Shown here: positions 59,580 to 64,000 of the stretch, piece after piece
Position numbering within the stretch: position 1 is the stretch's first letter
Layout of the letters: each line of letters opens with the position of its first letter
Source: Anaeramoeba ignava BMAN
Taxonomy: Eukaryota; Protista; Anaeramoebae
Length of the DNA stretch: 64,000 nt
Direction: 5' to 3'
Assembly (NCBI GenBank): GCA_028826165.1
Contig: JAPDFW010000070.1
Span: forward strand, 1,302,001 to 1,366,000
Notes under the pieces: generated by a model
Told to the model about the DNA's origin: nothing
The model's database searches: none
The model's input: only the letters and a program-made list of their open reading frames with translations
Made by a program: the position numbers and the translations under genes

Positions 59580-62500
59580 CTATTTTTTCCTTAAATGACC
59601 TAATAAAAAATTAAAATAAAAAATTAAAAATCAAATTAAAATTTAAATTGATAATAATTTTTACCTTGAATTTTTTTCAAAGTCTGATGAGCAAAAAACT
59701 TGACATCTCTGTCTTTATCTAACGATAATTTTTGCAAACATGGTTCAACATATTTTCCAATTAATTTTGAATCAAGTGTTGATCCCATTTTTTCTATTAT
59801 CTTTGCTAAATAGAATCTAACATTAGGAATTGGATCTTCTACAAGTTGGATCATTTTTGTGAGTATTTCTTCTTGGACATTTTGTGAATCAACAAATTTT
59901 GTCAATAACTAAAGAACAGAAATTAATTTTTATGAATTTAATTTTTTTAAATTTAATTTTTTTAAATTTAATTTTTTAAATTTAATTTTTTTGAATTTAA
60001 ATTTTTGAATTTAATTTTTTTAAATTTATTTTTTTTGAATTTAATTTTTTTAAATTTAATTTTTTTTGAATTTAATTTTTTTGAAATTAAATTTTTTTGA
60101 ATTAAATTTTTTTAAATTTAATTTTTTGAGAATTTAATTTTTAAATTTAATTTTTTTGAATTTAATTTTTAAATTTAATTTTTAAATTTAATTTTTTTGA
60201 ATTTAATTTTTTTGAAATTATTTTTTTTGAATTTAATTTTTTTAAATTTAATTTTTATAAATTTAATTTTTTGAAATTTAATTTTTTTAAATTTAATTTT
60301 TTGAAATTTAATTTTTTTGAATTTATTTTTTACCATTAAAGAATATAAAGAAATTTGTCTAAGAAGATAACTTTTGTCAGTTAAAAGCTGTGATATTTTT
60401 GGAAGAAGAATTTCATGAGTCCATTCAACTCCAAATATCTTTCCAACATCAGCTAAACTTTGACCAGCAGCTTCTCGAATTAAATGAACAGTATCAGTAA
60501 GCCATTTTCCAGATAAAGGAATTAATGATTGATTAAATATTTCTTTTCCCTAATTTTTTTGAAATGAATTTTTTTAATTCAAATTTTTTTGAAATGAATT
60601 TTTTTAATGAAATTTTTTTAATTCAAATTTTTTTGAAATGAATTTTTTTAATTGAATTTTTTTAATTCAAATTTTTTTAAATCAATTTTTTAAATTGAAT
60701 TTTTTTAAATCAATTTTTTTAATTTAATTTTTTTGAAATGAATTTTTAATTGAAATTTTTAAATTCAAATTTTTTTGAATTGAAATTTTTTGAATTGAAT
60801 TTTTTTGAAATGAATTTTTTTAAATCAATTTTTTTAATTTAATTTTTTTGAATTTAAATTTTTTAAATTTAATTTTTTTAATTTAATTTTTTAAAAGGAA
60901 TTTTTTTAATTCAAATTTTTTAATTCAAATTTTTTTAATTCAAATTTTTAAATTATAATTACAAGTGATTTCGCAATTTCAGGAACTAAATTAATAATCT
61001 TCAATCTATTTCTCCATTTTTGATCAACAGAAAGCTCATTCAAAGCAGTTAAAATAGACTCTGAAATAATGGGAACACCAACAATAGAAGTTAAACTCTC
61101 CAAATTAGAAATAATGTTAATCTTAACTTCTGAATTAAATTCTGACATCAATTCCAAAACTAAAGGAACAAGCTTTACTTTTGATTGCTCTTCTCCAAGC
61201 AAAGGAGCTAATCCAGTTATTGAAGAACCAAAAGAACCTTAAATAAAAAAAAATTTCAAAAAAAAATTTTAAAAAATTAAAGAATTATTTTATAAATTAA
61301 ATTTGATTATAAAAAGTTTTGTTTTTGAGTTTTTTGTTTTTTTAGATTTTTCTACACTTCACAATATTAGAAGAATCATTAACAAGATCAGATGCAATAT
61401 CAATAACTTCTCCGCAAATAATATCTTTATAACTTTTCAAATGAGAACAGAATTTGGAAATTTTTGATGCTGATTTTGCTCGAACTTCAGGTTCAAAATC
61501 CTTGAGTAGCTTAAGATATGGTTTGAATAAATGTTCCTTAACAATTTCTGGTTCAAGAAGATCAGAGAACTAATGAAGAATAAATATATTTAAATGGATA
61601 AAAAAAATTGTTTTTTGTTTTGTTTTGTTTTTGTTTAAAAATTTTTTAAATAAATAAAAATTTACTTTAACAATATTTTGAGCAACAGAATAACGAACTC
61701 TCCATGATTTATCAACCATTAATTCTTTAAATAATGGGAGAATATATTTAATTCTTTCATCAAGAGAAAATTTTTGTGAAATTGAAACACAAGTTTTCGG
61801 AGATGATAATCGAACAGTATCTTGCATATCGTTACTCATATTATTGAAACAAGTTAAAAATTCATTGATAATTGAATCCTTTTCAATACAAGAAACAATA
61901 TCCTTAGAAAAAAAAATTTTTAATAAAGAAAAATTATGAGAAAATGAAAGGAAAATAATTTTTTTTTCATTGTAAATAAAATTTTACATGAAAACTTGAA
62001 GAAATTGCTTTACGAACAAAAGCTTCTGTATCTTTACATAAATTGGATATTGCTCTATTTTAAATAATAAATATTAATTTTAATTTTAATTATTAAATAT
62101 TTGATTTTTTAAATCAATTACTGTCTTAATTCAATTTGAGAATCAGGATCACATTTTGGATAGGTGCAGTTGAATAAAAAGCAAGAAGAAGAGCGAGGAA
62201 CAAAGCATGGACTTTTTGATAATTTTATAACAAGTGGGAAAATGTTATCTTGAATTTGTCTTTGATTCATTCCTTCACTTATTTTAATAACTGATTGGAT
62301 ACTCTATTTAAAGAATGAAAAGAAAAAAAAATTTTTTTTTGAAAGTTTGAATAATTTAAAAAAAAAAAAAATTTTAATTGCAAAATTACATTTTCTCTTG
62401 TTTTTTGGTCTTCATGAGATAATAAATAATCAAAAATCCCGATAATGCAATCAACATATTCATAGCCACCAATTAGTGGAATAAAATCACCTAATTCTTC

Positions 62501-63599
62501 TGCAATAACACGAAGTACTTCTTCATCTTCATTCTTACATTCTTTGATTTGATTATTTTATTTCATTTCATTTCATTTCATGTAATTAAATTTTTTTCAT
62601 TTTAATTTATTTCATTTCATGTAATTATATATTTTCTCTTACGACTCAAAAAAACTATCAACTCGGTTCTTGTTCTTTGCTCGCCAATTGCTTTGGAAAT
62701 TTTATGAAGATTCCTGAATGAAATTATTCGAGCTTTGAGATCTGTATTTATTAATCCATCAATTAAACCTGCTACTTCCTTAATAAATTTTTCTTGAACA
62801 GTTTTTTCATCTTCATCTTCATCATCTACAAATTCGTTGTCTTGGTTATCATTTAAATTTTTATTAATCTTAATTTCTGTAATTTGAGTATGCTCTTGGT
62901 TTTCGTTTTTATCTTCATTTTCATTTTTATCTTTATCTTTATCTTTATCTTTATTTTCATTTTCATTTTCATTTTCATTTTTATTTTTATTTTTATTTTC
63001 ATTTTCATTTTCATTTTCATTTTTATTTTCATTTTCATTTTTATTTTCATTTTCATTTTCATCTTCATTTTTATCTTCAGTATTTTCTAAAATGGTTTCT
63101 TTAATCAACTTTGGATCATTTTCTTGTGTTTCTGATTTATTATTTTGCAAATGGTTGTTTGGGGTGTTATTATTTGAATTACTTTCCTCATTAGATGTAT
63201 TATTTGCTTCTGCTAAATTTTCTTTGTTTGGTTCTTGAACTTGTTCATTTTGTTCAATTATATCCTGTTTTATTGTTTTTTGTTCAGAATCTAAAACATC
63301 ATTTTTTTGTTCGTTTGCTATTTAAATTTTATTATAAATTTCATTATAAATTTTATGTTTTTTTTTTTTCGATTTTTAATTTTTTAATTTTTTTAATTTT
63401 TCATCATAAAATTTTTCATTTTTGTTTATATTTTTTTTTTGGTGTTAATAAAGAGAAGTTTTTTAAATTAAATCTGAAGATATAAAATTTATATTTGTTT
63501 TTTCTTTTCTTATTGAAAAAAAAAATGTATTCGATTTAAAATGTGTAAAGAAAAAAAACACACAAATAAACCTTTTTTTTTGTTTTACTTACACATCAT
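59580..63599 (-). CDS. PPP2R1: Protein phosphatase 2A scaffold (A/PR65) HEAT-repeat subunit, about 11 exons, with an acidic N-terminal extension
   Basis: IGEQRTRTELI, DEEVLRVIAEELG.F..IGG, DMQDTVRL, DKSWRVRYSVA, DFEPEVR, KWRNRL.II, WLTDTVHLIREAA, DPIPNVRF, D.DRDVKFFA. Micro first exon ATGATGT (63599-63593). Probable last exon 59580-59599. Confidence 0.9.
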
Positions 63600-63860
63600 A
63601 ATTTTAATTTAAAGGAGAAAAAAAAAAAGAATGAAAAAAAATGAAAAAAAAATTATTTAAAAAAAATTTTTTTTTTCTTTTTTTCTTTTTTTTTAAAATA
63701 AAAAAATATAACTTTGTTTATTTTATTTTATTTAAATCAAATATTAAAATCTTTTTAAAATCTTTTTAAAATCTTTTTAAAATTTGTTCAACATTTTTTT
63801 TTCTTTTTTTTTTGGATCGAAAAGTGGAATATTTTTTTTTTAAAAAATTAATTAAATTAA

Positions 63861-64000
63861 TCAAATTAATTGAATAATTTTGTTAAATAATTTTTCAAAT
63901 TCTAAAATTATTTTTTGATTTTTTTCTTGATAAATTCTTAAAATTAATTGATTTTCGTTTTTCAAAATTTCTTCAATAAAAACTTCTAAAATTCTTTTAT
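63861..64000 (-). CDS. 3' end of a third paralog of the USP family (partial, runs off the window)
   Basis: Minus strand reads KRILEVFIEEILKNENQLILRIYQEKNQKIILEFEKLFNKIIQLI*, matching KRILEIFIEELLNNQNQLLSRIYQEITNIEMISEFEKLFNKIIQ of copy 1 (about 12200-12330). Confidence 0.8.
   Translation of the reverse strand, partial: KRILEVFIEEILKNENQLILRIYQEKNQKIILEFEKLFNKIIQLI

Noticed and set aside
139-64000. Alternative genetic code or stop-codon reassignment
   Set aside because: TAA, TAG and TGA all end genes, and conserved exons contain no in-frame stops. ORF breaks are explained by introns or single-base indels.

Overview
Extremely AT-rich, gene-dense eukaryotic (protist) DNA using the standard genetic code, with GT-AG spliceosomal introns. 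The style (EN/EK/NS coding microsatellites, an intronless BTB-TLDc gene, TCATTT/CCTTT elements before ATGs) suggests a metamonad such as Anaeramoeba; this is inference only. About 20 genes were rebuilt by hand from exons: INTS3, GET4, COPE, two tandem USP9/24/34-like deubiquitinases, RPF2, a CaaX-bearing AN1 zinc-finger protein, a TOM1/THH1-like membrane protein, two tandem F-BAR/double-SH3 genes, a CCCH-zinc-finger mono-ART (PARP12/ZAP-like), a ZIP transporter, V-ATPase C, RPAC1/RPC40, BTB-TLDc, a SIW14/OCA-family phosphatase-like gene, a double HMG-box protein, REI1/ZNF622 and a PP2A A subunit. The 3' end of a third USP paralog, missed by the ORF track, lies at the right edge. Most long 'ORFs' (KIKI, FIFI, NLNL) are artefacts of satellite arrays inside introns. 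Points of most interest: (1) a sharp GC island confined to the ZIP exon; (2) sense-oriented intronic (AAAATT)n satellites that share one interrupting variant across unrelated genes; (3) AAG/poly(A) splice acceptors without a polypyrimidine tract; (4) a recurring promoter grammar (TCATTTT, CCTTT, AAAAGTGGA); (5) USP paralogs that diverge mainly at the catalytic core; (6) a ZAP/PARP12-like H-Y-Y ART. No rRNA, tRNA, CRISPR, transposase or intein was recognised.
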